This document shows positions 16,339-26,680 of a DNA stretch of 64,000 nucleotides, in pieces. The stretch's first letter is position 1, and each line of letters opens with the position of its first letter. Location: contig CAIYYI010000096.1 in NCBI GenBank assembly GCA_903930345.1, forward strand, positions 6,407 to 70,406, given 5' to 3'. The notes below the pieces were generated by a model, which did not search any database, had not been told where the DNA came from, and was given only the letters and a program-made list of their open reading frames with translations. The stretch comes from an uncultured Verrucomicrobiota bacterium. GTDB lineage: Bacteria > Verrucomicrobiota > Verrucomicrobiia > Limisphaerales > CAIYYI01. The position numbers and the translations under genes were made by a program.

Positions 16339-17382
16339 ATGATGCTGAAAAAAAGCGCTGTGGCGGTCGCAATCGCACTTGCCTGCACCCTGGCCTTTAC
16401 CGGCTGTGGCAAGAAAACCGAAACCACCGATGCGGGCAAACCAGCGCCCGTCACCCTGACTTACAGCATCTTTTTCCCGCCCGCGCACATCCAGTGCCAG
16501 ACGGCGGTGGCCTGGGCCGCCGAGGTGGAGAAGCGCACCCAGGGCCAGGTGAAGATTGCCATCACTCCCGGCGGTGCCCTGACGCCTGCCAACCAATGTT
16601 TTGACGGCGTGGAAAAGGGAATCTCGGATATTGGAATGAGCTGCTTTGCCTATTCGCGCGGTCGTTTTCCCCTGGTGGAGGCGCTTGATTTGCCCCTGGG
16701 CTATCCCAACGGTGTCACCGCCACGAAGGTGGCCAATGAGCTGATTGCCAAGTATAAGCCGGCTGAGCTTTCCAAAGTCCATGTCCTTTATGTCCACGCC
16801 CATGGCCCCGGGATATTGGCCTCGAAGAAGGCGGTCAAATCGCTGGAAGACCTCAAGGGTTTGAAAGTGCGCGCCACCGGGTTGTCCTCCAAAATTGTCG
16901 AGAGCCTGGGTGGGACACCGGTGGCGATCGTCCAGCCGGAAACCTATGAATCCCTCCAAAAGGGCGTGGTGGATGCCACCTTGTGCCCGGTGGAGACCCT
17001 CAAAGGGTGGAAGCAGGGCGAGGTCATCCAGTACGTCATTGATTCCTCGGCCATCGGCTATACCACGGCCATGTTCGTGGTGATGAATCAGGAGAAATGG
17101 GCCAAGCTCACTCCGGAGCAGCAGAAGATCTTCACGGAGGTCAGCCAGGAGTACATTGTCAAACACGGCCTGGCCTGGGACCAGGCGGACAAGGACGGGC
17201 GCGATTTTGTGGCCCAGCTTAAGAAGGAATCCCTCAGTCTCACGGCGGATGAGCAGCAGCGCTGGAAAAACGCCGTCAAGCCGATCCTGGAGACCTACCT
17301 GAAACAAACCAAGGAAAAGGGTCTGCCCGGCGAGGCATTTCTCTCCGATTTGCAGCAGGGCATCGCGGCGGCCGCCCGGTAG
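16339..17382 (+). CDS. dctP: TRAP transporter substrate-binding protein (DctP family), lipoprotein
   Basis: The track ORF starts at TTG 16333. I prefer ATG 16339 ([26 protein letters not shown], lipobox LAFTGC). Length ~347 aa. Followed directly by the Q and M components. Confidence 0.85.
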   Translation: MMLKKSAVAVAIALACTLAFTGCGKKTETTDAGKPAPVTLTYSIFFPPAHIQCQTAVAWAAEVEKRTQGQVKIAITPGGALTPANQCFDGVEKGISDIGMSCFAYSRGRFPLVEALDLPLGYPNGVTATKVANELIAKYKPAELSKVHVLYVHAHGPGILASKKAVKSLEDLKGLKVRATGLSSKIVESLGGTPVAIVQPETYESLQKGVVDATLCPVETLKGWKQGEVIQYVIDSSAIGYTTAMFVVMNQEKWAKLTPEQQKIFTEVSQEYIVKHGLAWDQADKDGRDFVAQLKKESLSLTADEQQRWKNAVKPILETYLKQTKEKGLPGEAFLSDLQQGIAAAAR

Positions 17383-17394
17383 GAAGCAGTGTTT

Positions 17395-17892
17395 ATGACC
17401 AAGTCTGACGGGTTTCTGGTCCAAAGCCTGCGCAAGGTGGTGATGGCTTTGGCGGCCTTTTCCGGGGCCGCCCTGCTGGCCATGATCCTGGTGACTTGCG
17501 CCGATATCGCCATCCGGCCGTTCAAGATGTCCATCAAGGGGACGGTTGACCTGGTGGGCATGCTGGGGGCGGTCACCATGGCCTGTGCCCTGCCTTACAC
17601 CACCGCCATCAAGGGCCACGTGGCGGTCGAGTTCTTCTTCCTGAAGCTGGGCCCCCGGGGCCGGATGGTCGTCGATACGCTGGCCCGTCTGGTTGTCATC
17701 GCCTTCTTCGCGGTGTTGAGTTGGCGCAGCGTTGCCTATGGGAATTCCCTGCGGGCCGCCCATGAGGTCAGCCCCACCCTGGAGATGCCCATCTTCTGGG
17801 TGCCCTGGTTTATTGGCGGCTCCTGTGCGCTCGTCATTTGTGTCAAAATCTATCACCTGCTCAATCCGGGCAAATCACTGATCAAGCCATGA
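17395..17892 (+). CDS. dctQ: TRAP transporter small permease (DctQ)
   Basis: The track ORF starts at GTG 17389 and the first ATG is at 17395. About 165 aa with 4 hydrophobic segments. The stop overlaps the dctM start (ATGA at 17889-17892). Confidence 0.8.
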   Translation: MTKSDGFLVQSLRKVVMALAAFSGAALLAMILVTCADIAIRPFKMSIKGTVDLVGMLGAVTMACALPYTTAIKGHVAVEFFFLKLGPRGRMVVDTLARLVVIAFFAVLSWRSVAYGNSLRAAHEVSPTLEMPIFWVPWFIGGSCALVICVKIYHLLNPGKSLIKP

Positions 17893-19190
17893 GTAACACG
17901 GAAATCAGCCTGATCGGGCTCGCGATGTTGCTGTTGCTGCTGGCGAGCAGCATGCCTGTGGCCTTCTCGATGGCGATTGTCGGCGTCGTCGGTTTCGGGA
18001 TGATGGCCTCCCCCTCGGCGGCCCTGAGCATGATGGCCAATGAGGTTTACGGGACCTTCTCCAAGTACGACCTCTCCACGATTCCCCTGTTTGTGTTGAT
18101 GGGGCAGGTGGCGTTTCACACGGGCATCAGCCGGGGGCTGTTTCAGATGGCCCACCGCTGGCTTGGTCATCTGCCGGGCGGGCTGGGGATGGCGACCATC
18201 GGCGCCTGTACGGCCTTTGGCGCCATCTGCGGATCCGGTCCCGCCACGGCTGCCACCATGGCGGCGGTGGCCATCCCGGAGATGCGCCGCTACAACTACA
18301 GCATGCAGTTGGCCACAGGCTGTGTGGCCTCCGGGGGGAGTCTGGGGATGATGATCCCCCCCAGCATCGTTTTCATCGTCTATGCCGTGTTGACGGAGCA
18401 ATCAATCGGGAAGTTGTTCATTGCGGGGATCATCCCCGGTATTCTGATGGCGCTGCTGTTCTGCGGCGCGATTTATATCGAGTGTGTCCGGGATCCCAAG
18501 CTCGGTCCCGCCAGTGAGAAGTCAGGCTGGGGCGAACGGTTCAAATCCCTGCTGGGCCTGGTGGACACGCTCCTGATCTTCATTGCAGTGATGGGCAGCA
18601 TGTTCCTGGGTTTCTGCACCGCCACCGAGGCGGCCGCTGTCGGTGCTGGTGCCACCCTGATCCTCGGGGCCATCAAACGGCAGCTCACCTGGCAGGTGCT
18701 CGTGCAGTGCATCTGGGAGACGGTGCGCACCTCGTGCATGGTGGTCGTCATCGTCACCGGAGCGATCATTTTCGGTCGGTTTCTTGCCGTCACGCAGACG
18801 CCGACGGCCTTGGCTGGCTGGATTGGCGGACTGCCGCTGCCCGGTTGGGGGATCATCGCGGTTATCATCCTGTTTTACCTCGTGGCCGGCTGTTTCGTGG
18901 ATGCGCTCGCCTTGAACCTGCTGACCATCCCCATTTTCTACCCCATCATCACCTCCCTGCACTACGATCTCATCTGGTTTGGCGTCATGATCGTGGTGGT
19001 GACCCAGATGGGGGTGATCACCCCACCGGTGGGTGTGAACGCCTACGTCGTGGGAGGGATGGTGCGGGATGTGCCGCTTCAGACCATTTTCAAGGGCTGC
19101 ATGCCATTTCTTGCCGCCATGATTCTCACTGCGGTTTTGCTGGTCATGTTCCCGCAGATCGCCCTGTTTTTGCCCAGCCTCATCAAATAA
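17889..19190 (+). CDS. dctM: TRAP transporter large permease (DctM)
   Basis: Start moved to ATG 17889 (MSNTEISLIGLAMLLLLL). About 433 aa, polytopic, with typical DctM segments (GGLGMATIGACTAFGAICGSGPATAATM, GVITPPVGVNAYV). Confidence 0.9.
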   Translation: MSNTEISLIGLAMLLLLLASSMPVAFSMAIVGVVGFGMMASPSAALSMMANEVYGTFSKYDLSTIPLFVLMGQVAFHTGISRGLFQMAHRWLGHLPGGLGMATIGACTAFGAICGSGPATAATMAAVAIPEMRRYNYSMQLATGCVASGGSLGMMIPPSIVFIVYAVLTEQSIGKLFIAGIIPGILMALLFCGAIYIECVRDPKLGPASEKSGWGERFKSLLGLVDTLLIFIAVMGSMFLGFCTATEAAAVGAGATLILGAIKRQLTWQVLVQCIWETVRTSCMVVVIVTGAIIFGRFLAVTQTPTALAGWIGGLPLPGWGIIAVIILFYLVAGCFVDALALNLLTIPIFYPIITSLHYDLIWFGVMIVVVTQMGVITPPVGVNAYVVGGMVRDVPLQTIFKGCMPFLAAMILTAVLLVMFPQIALFLPSLIK

Positions 19191-19202
19191 CCCAAGGCCA
19201 CC

Positions 19203-19670
19203 ATGAACCAGATCCCTTCCTTTGGATTGCCGTTGCGAATGCTGTTCTGCACGGACTTTTCACCGGGGGCCAGCCAGGCGTTTGATTTTGCCATTGCCAC
19301 CGTGCGGAACACTCCCGGGGCGCAGCTCCATCTGCTCCATGTCATCCCCGAGACCGATGCCCAGTTCTGGAAATCATACATTTACGAGGTGGATCGTGTG
19401 GATGCCCAGGCCAAGCATGACATTCATTGCATGATCCGGGACGCTTATCTTTCCCGGGTTCCGTCGGGGATCGAGGTCAAAGTCGAGCTGAGGATCGGCA
19501 AGGCCGCCGAGAAGATTCTGGAAGTCGCGGCGCAGAAGCAGGTGACCATGATTCTGTTGGGGCGTGAGAGTGCCGGAGGGCTCTCCGCCGCCTTATTCGG
19601 GAACGTCGTTGAAAAAGTTGTCCGCAAGGCACACTGCCCCGTTTTGGTCATTCCGGCCGTGGCTGGATGA
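19203..19670 (+). CDS. Universal stress protein (UspA family)
   Basis: 155 aa: LRMLFCTDFSPGASQAFDFA...LHLLHVIPE...MILLGRESAGGLSAALFGNVVEKVVRKAHCPVLVIP. The last stretch carries the USP ATP-binding-type G-x2-G-x9-G(S/N) region. It starts 12 nt after dctM. Confidence 0.8.
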   Translation: MNQIPSFGLPLRMLFCTDFSPGASQAFDFAIATVRNTPGAQLHLLHVIPETDAQFWKSYIYEVDRVDAQAKHDIHCMIRDAYLSRVPSGIEVKVELRIGKAAEKILEVAAQKQVTMILLGRESAGGLSAALFGNVVEKVVRKAHCPVLVIPAVAG

Positions 19671-19678
19671 GGCGGGTT

Positions 19679-22600
19679 TCATTCCCATTCCCCCAACCGC
19701 TTTCGCCAGCGGTCCACCCAGGCATCGAGCTTTGCCTGGTTGGTCTTATAATAGATCGCGCCAAAGATCAGGATTGCTCCGATCAGGAGTACGAGGCTTC
19801 CGACCACAGTCATCCGGGCACTCCGTTCCATGTGCACCAGCACCTTGTACAGGATGGAGGCCAGGTCCACTGTCAAACCTGCCAGGCCGAGGGTGAGATA
19901 CAGCCGGACGCGGAGAAAGCTGCCCAGCCCCATGGCCAGCAGGCAGAGGATCACCAGGGTCAGGTTGAAGGCGATCGGGCGACTGGAGTCCGCCAGGGCA
20001 TAGTAGCCCGTGCTGCCCAGCATGGCCAGCAGTGTCACCAGCCGGATGCCGTTACGGAGGCCGATTTGGATGCGCTGCTGGAAGAGCTGCAGCAGAACCA
20101 GAATTCCCAGGCCCACGGGGATGACATAGGCGTGCACGGCGCGCAGCTCCAGCTTGGTCCAGAACGTCAACAGGACAAACCCCACAAAGCCGGTCAGAGC
20201 CACGATGTGGAACGGGGATTCCCGGTCGTCCTTGCCCAGGTAGGCAAACATCAGGCTATTGAGGCCCACCACCAGGAGGGCCATGTTGGGGCCCAGCCCG
20301 TGCAGCATCACCCAGCCGAGCGCCACCACGGGGAGCACGCAGAGGGTGGTGAGGCACGGCACCCGCACCTTGCGGGGTTGCAAGTCGAACACCTGCTGGG
20401 CGCCGGACAGCGCCATGGAAAACACCAGGCTGATCCAGACGTCATACTCGTAATTCCACGCGCCGGTGGTCAGCATCAGCTGCCGACGGAGGGCGGCGAA
20501 GCAGGCCAGCGCGGACAGCTGCATCAGGTAGTAGGGGGCCATGGACTCGCCCGTCCTGCCCTGATGATACCAGGCGAACGCCAGACCAGCCTCCAGCAGC
20601 GCTAACGTGCCGATCTCGCGGGCCGCAAACGGCGTTTGGTAATGGCTGACCAGCAACAGACCGGCCAGCACAAAAGTCGCCCAGATCACCGACCGGTGGA
20701 TCCGGTGGCCAGCGGTTTCCAGCCAGGACAAAGTGAGGTCAAACAGGCGGAAGTGCGAGCGCGGCCAGGTTTTGTAGGCCGCCGCCAGGGACCCGGGATA
20801 CAGCCGGGAAAAACCGCCGATCACGAAGAAGGTCATCAACGCCGCCAGGATCGGCCAGGCGGCCAGGGCACCGGCCAGCCCGCGCTCCTCCAGGGGGGCC
20901 TGGCTGAAGTAAACCAGCCAGACGGGAACCCAGATCAAGGCCGCCGCTGCCGCCTTTTCTCCGGGGGTGGTGGCCACCCGGCTGCTTTGCGGGTTCCAGG
21001 CGGCCAGCAGGGCAGCCAGCCCCATTCCCCACAGGCCGGCATAAGAGCCGGGGTGGTGGTAAAACACGTGGGCGAGCGTGAGCCCGGCCAGGCTGAGCGC
21101 CAGGGGGCCGAGGAGTTCCAGTGGGATCCAGCGCGGCTTAAGCTGGTGGAGGGTCAGGCACCCCAGCCAGATGGCCAGAAGCACACTCATGACTTCCTCC
21201 TTGGGCAGGTAACTTGGGATCAGGAAATCCAGGTGCAGGGCGACGGCGAGCTCCAGACCAGCCAGGATAAGATAGGCAGTGGATTGGCGGATCACCCCCA
21301 GGTGGATCAGAATGCTGGCTGCCCCCACCAGCAGCGGGGCCACCTGAACGGCCTGCGAGGAGGAGCTCGCGACGCCCCACAGGGTCAGGCCCTGGGTTGC
21401 GCCCAGCAGGCAGTATCCCCACCAGCGCCGCAGGTGGTGCCAGGCGGGATCATCCAGGCTGGCCAGGCGCTGGATGAACGTGCGCAGGGGCGAACGGGCG
21501 TAGCTCACGAGAATCCAGAAATGCCCCAGCCCGATGGCGCACCAGGCGCTCGGCAGGGGGAAGTCAAAGGGGCTGAAACCGGGCAGAGCGGTGAGCAGAA
21601 AATAGCTGCCGCCCATCAGGGCCACTCCGCCGTAAAAGGCCAGCCAGCGGGTGCCGCCCAGCCCGTGGAGCCGCAGCAGGATGACCGCCAGCCCCAGGAT
21701 GAGCGGGGCATTGTAATGGTAATGCCGCACCCCGATGGGAACCCCCGGGAAGAGCAGCAGATGGAAGATGCCCCGGAAAACATACAGCGCCAGCACCCCC
21801 AGCCCGAGGGCGGCGGCGGAGTTGCGGTAGCGGCGGGCTTCCATCCGGCCTGCCCGGGCGCCCGTTTCCGCGCGCAGATAGAAGTAAACCACCGGCAGCC
21901 CCAGAGCGAGCAGGGCCAAAACCGGCTGACGAAACCAGGGGATCAGCAGCGCCGCGCACCACAGGGCCACGACCACGCCGAAATGATAAAGCGCCTCGCA
22001 CAGGTCCACGTGCGCTTCCTCCCCCGGGCCCGGGTGGCGGGCCGCCCGCCGGAAATACCTGCCGGCCAGCCAGGCCATCAGGCCGGAGAGGACAAATCGC
22101 CAGGCGGTGATATTGCCCAGGTTGGGATCGGTGAAATAGTTGGCAGAGAGCAGCGCCAGTATGAGGCCGGCCAGGCCCAGGCTCGCCTGGTTGGTGGGGG
22201 TGATGATCGCCTCCGTCCGGACCCGCCAGCGCAGGAGCGAGGCTTGCAGCAGGCTGAGTCCCAGGCCCAGGCAAACCAGGTGCAGCTCGGAAAGCCCGTG
22301 CCCGCGCAAAAACTCCCCGCCTCCAACCCGGACGAGGTGGATGTTGCCCAGGAGCACCAGCCCGCCCGCCAGGGCATGGAAGGGCTTCCGCTGCCAGAAC
22401 CAGGCGATGAGGGCGGCGGTGACCGCACCGAGGTAGGGCGTCCACAATTGCCGGGCGCTCTCCCTTAGCACGGGATCAAACGTGTGGTAAGCCGCCGCCA
22501 GCCCCGCGAAGATGGCCGCTGGCCACCAGACCCAGGCGCAGGTGGGGGCGGTGAAAAAGGGTTCGGCGAATGGCCCGGTCAGCAGACCGGGCTGCCACTG

Positions 22601-25600
22601 CCGCACCCGTCGGCCGACCTGCGTCACCAACACCATCGCCAGCGCCCGGAAGGCCAGCCGCCAGGGGGTTGCCAGAAGGAGCAGCTGGGTGGACGGGTCG
22701 CTGTCCGCCGCCAGGAGCCCCCGCAGGGCCAGCACGTAGCCCAGCAGCATCCCCATTAACAGGAGAAGGCCGGAGGCGTGAGCCCGGGCGGTCAGAAGCA
22801 GCACGGCCAGCATCAGCCCCTGCTGGCCGACGGAAAAGCTCAACCAGTGCCCGCCGTCCGCCAGCCCGGCCAGCCCCAGCAACACGGTGAGCCCGCTGGC
22901 GATGACCAGGGGAGGGGTCATCAGGGGTTCCAGCAACCCGTAGAGGGAGCGGGGCTTTTCCAACAGGATGAGGATCAGCTGTACTGCCAGCAGCAGTTCC
23001 AGGAGGGGGCTCAGGCTGTGGCTCAGGGAAAGCCGTTCCACGAGCGGGCTGGTGCCGGGTGCTGTCCCGGCCAGCAAAGCCGTCGTGAGGAGGAGGAACA
23101 GGGCAGTGCCGAAGACCTTGTGCCGGGTGCTCAGCCCATGCCAGACCAACTGCGCTGCCAGGAACCAGCCCAGCCATTGCAGATGTGCCAGCTCAGTGCC
23201 CCAGCCAAGGCTGACTACGATCGCCACGGAGCCCGCCACGCCGCCGGTCAGCAGGACCCGGCGCAGCGGTTCGGCGAGCAAGTCCCGCACCCAGGGGCGT
23301 CTCGTTTCGAGCCCGTGCCGGTAGAGCCAGTAAAGCCCTTGCAGCAGCAGCCCGGTGGTCAAAACCGGCCCGGTCCAATGCGGATCATCAGCCAGGCGAT
23401 AATAGCCGAAGGAAATGCCCGCCAGACCGCAGATCCAACCCAGGTGAACCAGGGTGACTGCCTGGCGATGCTGGCGGTGATAAACGCCCAGCAGGGTCCA
23501 GGTGATCCCGGTCAGGACCAGGGCGGCGGCTGTCTTAAGGTGAACCCCTTGCCCGAGCCAATTGCTCAGGAGGTTCCAGGTGTCCACCTTGACGATCAGG
23601 AACAGGGCGGCTGCCGTGACCGGCCAGGTAAACAGCGTGTGGTCCTCGCGCCGGAGGGGGAACCGGTCTCTGCCCATGAACCGGTCGCCCTCCCTGGGCA
23701 CTTTTAGGAACTCCCATTCGCGGAGAAAAAAACAGCCTCCGGCCAGCAGCAGGCCGCTGATGGCGCTGCCCAGGCCGGAGCCCCATGCCAAACCGGAAAA
23801 AGTGAGCTGGAGATTCGCGCGCAGTTCGGGAAAGAGAATGACCATGATCATCACGGCCATGCCGGCCGGGATGAGCGACCGGGAATGGTGGGTGGTCACG
23901 ATCAGGACCCCCGTCATCAACAGGGGGCCGGTGTAATCCAGGTAGCCGAGGTACCAGCGCGGGTCCGGGGCGACATCCCCCAAGAAGACGCGCAGCAGCA
24001 TGGCGGCGACTGCCTGGATTCCGTAGAACCACAGGATGGTGGACCGGGCCTGTAGCAGGAGCGGCAGCCGGCTGAGTCCGGTTATCCCCAGCCACAGTAA
24101 CGAGGTCACCGCCAGGCCAAACACCAGGGTTTGGTGATGGGCGGTCTGACCGGCCATGTCCATGAAGCCCACGTACGGCAGGATCAGGGCAACGACGACC
24201 ATGGCGGTATGCAGCCAGGCCAGTTTCTGGCCTTGAAGGGCCCGCCAGATGAATAGCACCGCCACGGCCGCCAGCCAGCCGGCGGTGGCCAGCGGTTCAG
24301 ACCGGTAATGCCATTGCGTGAGGGGGGCCACCATGGTGGTGAGCACCAGGCAGACCACCTGCATGCCCAAGCACGCCTGGGCCAGCTCCGTCAGGTTTCG
24401 CCGTTGGCTGACCCATGCGCCAGCGCCAAAGCCCAGGGCCAGGAGGAGCCCCAAGGCTGGAAACCACGGGCCCGGATAGCCCGGCAGCAATCCCACTGCG
24501 GCCCCGCCCAGCGCCAGCCAGGTCAACGCGATCCAATAGTGGAGCGGGTGTCGCCGGGAAAAGGCCTGGAAGAGCCAGAACCCGCCTGCCGCCAGGAACG
24601 TCAGCACGCGCGTCTCCGGATCGTGGAAGCCCATGAGTAGGCCGAGCAGGATCAGGGCAAAGCCCAAAAAGGATTCCGCCCCGTGCATTTGGGGGCTACC
24701 CAGCAGTTCCAGCGCGCGCCGTTCCGCAAACAGGACCAGCCAGCCGATCAGAATCACCAGCAAGGCGTAGGTGTGGGCCTGCGGCAAGTAGCGCATGAAG
24801 CCATGCACCCAGGCGAACACCTGGAGGAAGGTGATCGCCAGCGTGGCGCCCACGAACCATGGTACCCGCCTTTCCGCCGCCATTTCTTGGGTGAGAACCC
24901 GTTGGGTGAACCAGACAATCGCCCCCGCCAAGGCCAGGAACCCCAGGTAAAATCCGGCGCTCAGCCCCACCAGCAATTCCTGCCCGCCCAACTGGCTGAG
25001 AGTCTTTGCCAGCGGCCCCACCGCCACCAGGCTGTTGAGTAGCAGCAGTGTGCCGCCCAGCAGGTTGCCTAGGGTGGGTTCCACGCCCGCGCACCATTTT
25101 CTCAGGCTCCAACCGAAAAACGTCAGGTAGAACAGGACCATCGCCACCATGGGCAGTGCCTTCTGGCGGACCTGCTGGTCGCTGGAAAGCAAGGCAACCG
25201 CCATGAAGTTGATCGGCAGCAGTCCGATAGCCGCTCCCCGCAGGATGGCCGCCGTGCCCCTGAACTGGCGGTCTTTCTTTTCAATCCAGCTGCCTGCTGC
25301 TGCCAGCGTCCAGGTGAATAGCGCCAGCAGCGCGGGCATGATGGTGTAGCGCAGCAGCCAGTGCTTGTCCCAGGTGTAATAGGCCAGGAGCGAACTGCCG
25401 ACGATGACCATCCCGATCCCGGCCGCGATATACCAGTTCTCAACAAAGAAGGGCTGGATATGGTGCTCCCAGACGGAGGGCCGCTGGGGGAGGGGTGTTT
25501 CGGCGGGCGGTTCCGCCGGTGGCGCGACCGGTTCGATGGCCGTCGCGGCCACGCTCTCCCCGGACAGGACCGGCGGGGTGGCGAGGCCGAGCAGCGGGTT

Positions 25601-26680
25601 CCTTTCCTCCGGTGAAATCCATTGGGTCCAGCGCTGAGCCACCTCGTCAGCGGTTCGCGGGCCGGCCTGCTGGACCAGCAGTTTGACCACGGAATCCACC
25701 ACCGCTGGCTTGGGATCCGCCAATTGCTGATACCAGGCCAGCAGCAGGCCCAGCGGTTGCTCGGCCGCCAGGTGACGGATGATTTCCCGCTCAGTTTGCC
25801 ATTGGTGGTCCTGGTCCGCGAGCCAGTCTGCCCAATCTTTCCAGGTAATCCGGTCAGGCTGCCCGAAACGCAGGGTGAGGATCAGGGCCGCGCGCTCCTG
25901 CGACCAGGTCTCCTGCCCGAGCGCCAAAAGGGTGGGGATCGCTTCCGGGTTGGGCCACGCTCCCACTCCATCCAGAATCCGGCACTGCTCCTCGCGCGAC
26001 GTCGACTGGAGGAATCGCGTTTTCAGGGTTTCCAGCAGCGCACCGGCACCGTCCTCCGGCGTGAGGCTTGGGGTTTCGCCGGGAGTGAGCGTCTGCCGGG
26101 CCATCGACTGCCGGTGTGCCAACTCCTGGAGGATCAGATCGCGGGCGGGTTCACCTTTGCCCCAGTCGTTGCCCAGGCGATCCAGTAGTGCGCCGGGTAT
26201 GAAATCACCGTGCAGGGCTGTGGCGCGGCCTGCCTGTTTCAGGGATTCGGTGCCGGTCTGCTCGACCAGGCGGTAGAGGTGCGGCGTTTTTTCCCGCCCG
26301 GCCGTCAAAAACTCCCGGTCGAGGACCTGTTCCAAACCCGTCTGCAGTGCGTTTGGCCACTGGTGATCCAAATGCCACCTGGGGGTTACCGGAGGCAGGT
26401 TGCCCAGCAGGGCCCGATCCCAGAGGGGAGGCGGCTGGCCTTTGGCTCCGGCTTCGTGTTGTAGCAGGGCCTCCTTGTGGAGAATTTTCCGCAGGTGCCC
26501 GGCCAATTGGGCCAGTTCGGTTTCAGATTCGTCGGCCAGGGTTTCGAGCAGGCCTGGAATGGTCTCCGGTGTGAGGTCCGCCGTGAGCGGTGGCAGGGCT
26601 GGTAGCACCCATTGCGATTGCAGCTTTCCAGCCGCCAGCCAATGGGCTAGCGAGCCGACTAAAGCAGCTCTGTTTTTCAT
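19679..26680 (-). CDS. Very large polytopic membrane protein (2333 aa), unknown family
   Basis: Track ORF 19679..26938(-). I start it at ATG 26680 (MKNRAALVGSLAHWLAAG). About 412 hydrophilic residues end in a Pro/Ala linker (EPVAPPAEPPAETPLPQRP). About 1900 residues of back-to-back hydrophobic ~20-aa segments follow, separated by short R/H/W-rich loops. The C-terminal tail is basic and amphipathic (KTNQAKLDAWVDRWRKRLGEWE). Confidence 0.8.
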   Translation of the reverse strand: MKNRAALVGSLAHWLAAGKLQSQWVLPALPPLTADLTPETIPGLLETLADESETELAQLAGHLRKILHKEALLQHEAGAKGQPPPLWDRALLGNLPPVTPRWHLDHQWPNALQTGLEQVLDREFLTAGREKTPHLYRLVEQTGTESLKQAGRATALHGDFIPGALLDRLGNDWGKGEPARDLILQELAHRQSMARQTLTPGETPSLTPEDGAGALLETLKTRFLQSTSREEQCRILDGVGAWPNPEAIPTLLALGQETWSQERAALILTLRFGQPDRITWKDWADWLADQDHQWQTEREIIRHLAAEQPLGLLLAWYQQLADPKPAVVDSVVKLLVQQAGPRTADEVAQRWTQWISPEERNPLLGLATPPVLSGESVAATAIEPVAPPAEPPAETPLPQRPSVWEHHIQPFFVENWYIAAGIGMVIVGSSLLAYYTWDKHWLLRYTIMPALLALFTWTLAAAGSWIEKKDRQFRGTAAILRGAAIGLLPINFMAVALLSSDQQVRQKALPMVAMVLFYLTFFGWSLRKWCAGVEPTLGNLLGGTLLLLNSLVAVGPLAKTLSQLGGQELLVGLSAGFYLGFLALAGAIVWFTQRVLTQEMAAERRVPWFVGATLAITFLQVFAWVHGFMRYLPQAHTYALLVILIGWLVLFAERRALELLGSPQMHGAESFLGFALILLGLLMGFHDPETRVLTFLAAGGFWLFQAFSRRHPLHYWIALTWLALGGAAVGLLPGYPGPWFPALGLLLALGFGAGAWVSQRRNLTELAQACLGMQVVCLVLTTMVAPLTQWHYRSEPLATAGWLAAVAVLFIWRALQGQKLAWLHTAMVVVALILPYVGFMDMAGQTAHHQTLVFGLAVTSLLWLGITGLSRLPLLLQARSTILWFYGIQAVAAMLLRVFLGDVAPDPRWYLGYLDYTGPLLMTGVLIVTTHHSRSLIPAGMAVMIMVILFPELRANLQLTFSGLAWGSGLGSAISGLLLAGGCFFLREWEFLKVPREGDRFMGRDRFPLRREDHTLFTWPVTAAALFLIVKVDTWNLLSNWLGQGVHLKTAAALVLTGITWTLLGVYHRQHRQAVTLVHLGWICGLAGISFGYYRLADDPHWTGPVLTTGLLLQGLYWLYRHGLETRRPWVRDLLAEPLRRVLLTGGVAGSVAIVVSLGWGTELAHLQWLGWFLAAQLVWHGLSTRHKVFGTALFLLLTTALLAGTAPGTSPLVERLSLSHSLSPLLELLLAVQLILILLEKPRSLYGLLEPLMTPPLVIASGLTVLLGLAGLADGGHWLSFSVGQQGLMLAVLLLTARAHASGLLLLMGMLLGYVLALRGLLAADSDPSTQLLLLATPWRLAFRALAMVLVTQVGRRVRQWQPGLLTGPFAEPFFTAPTCAWVWWPAAIFAGLAAAYHTFDPVLRESARQLWTPYLGAVTAALIAWFWQRKPFHALAGGLVLLGNIHLVRVGGGEFLRGHGLSELHLVCLGLGLSLLQASLLRWRVRTEAIITPTNQASLGLAGLILALLSANYFTDPNLGNITAWRFVLSGLMAWLAGRYFRRAARHPGPGEEAHVDLCEALYHFGVVVALWCAALLIPWFRQPVLALLALGLPVVYFYLRAETGARAGRMEARRYRNSAAALGLGVLALYVFRGIFHLLLFPGVPIGVRHYHYNAPLILGLAVILLRLHGLGGTRWLAFYGGVALMGGSYFLLTALPGFSPFDFPLPSAWCAIGLGHFWILVSYARSPLRTFIQRLASLDDPAWHHLRRWWGYCLLGATQGLTLWGVASSSSQAVQVAPLLVGAASILIHLGVIRQSTAYLILAGLELAVALHLDFLIPSYLPKEEVMSVLLAIWLGCLTLHQLKPRWIPLELLGPLALSLAGLTLAHVFYHHPGSYAGLWGMGLAALLAAWNPQSSRVATTPGEKAAAAALIWVPVWLVYFSQAPLEERGLAGALAAWPILAALMTFFVIGGFSRLYPGSLAAAYKTWPRSHFRLFDLTLSWLETAGHRIHRSVIWATFVLAGLLLVSHYQTPFAAREIGTLALLEAGLAFAWYHQGRTGESMAPYYLMQLSALACFAALRRQLMLTTGAWNYEYDVWISLVFSMALSGAQQVFDLQPRKVRVPCLTTLCVLPVVALGWVMLHGLGPNMALLVVGLNSLMFAYLGKDDRESPFHIVALTGFVGFVLLTFWTKLELRAVHAYVIPVGLGILVLLQLFQQRIQIGLRNGIRLVTLLAMLGSTGYYALADSSRPIAFNLTLVILCLLAMGLGSFLRVRLYLTLGLAGLTVDLASILYKVLVHMERSARMTVVGSLVLLIGAILIFGAIYYKTNQAKLDAWVDRWRKRLGEWE

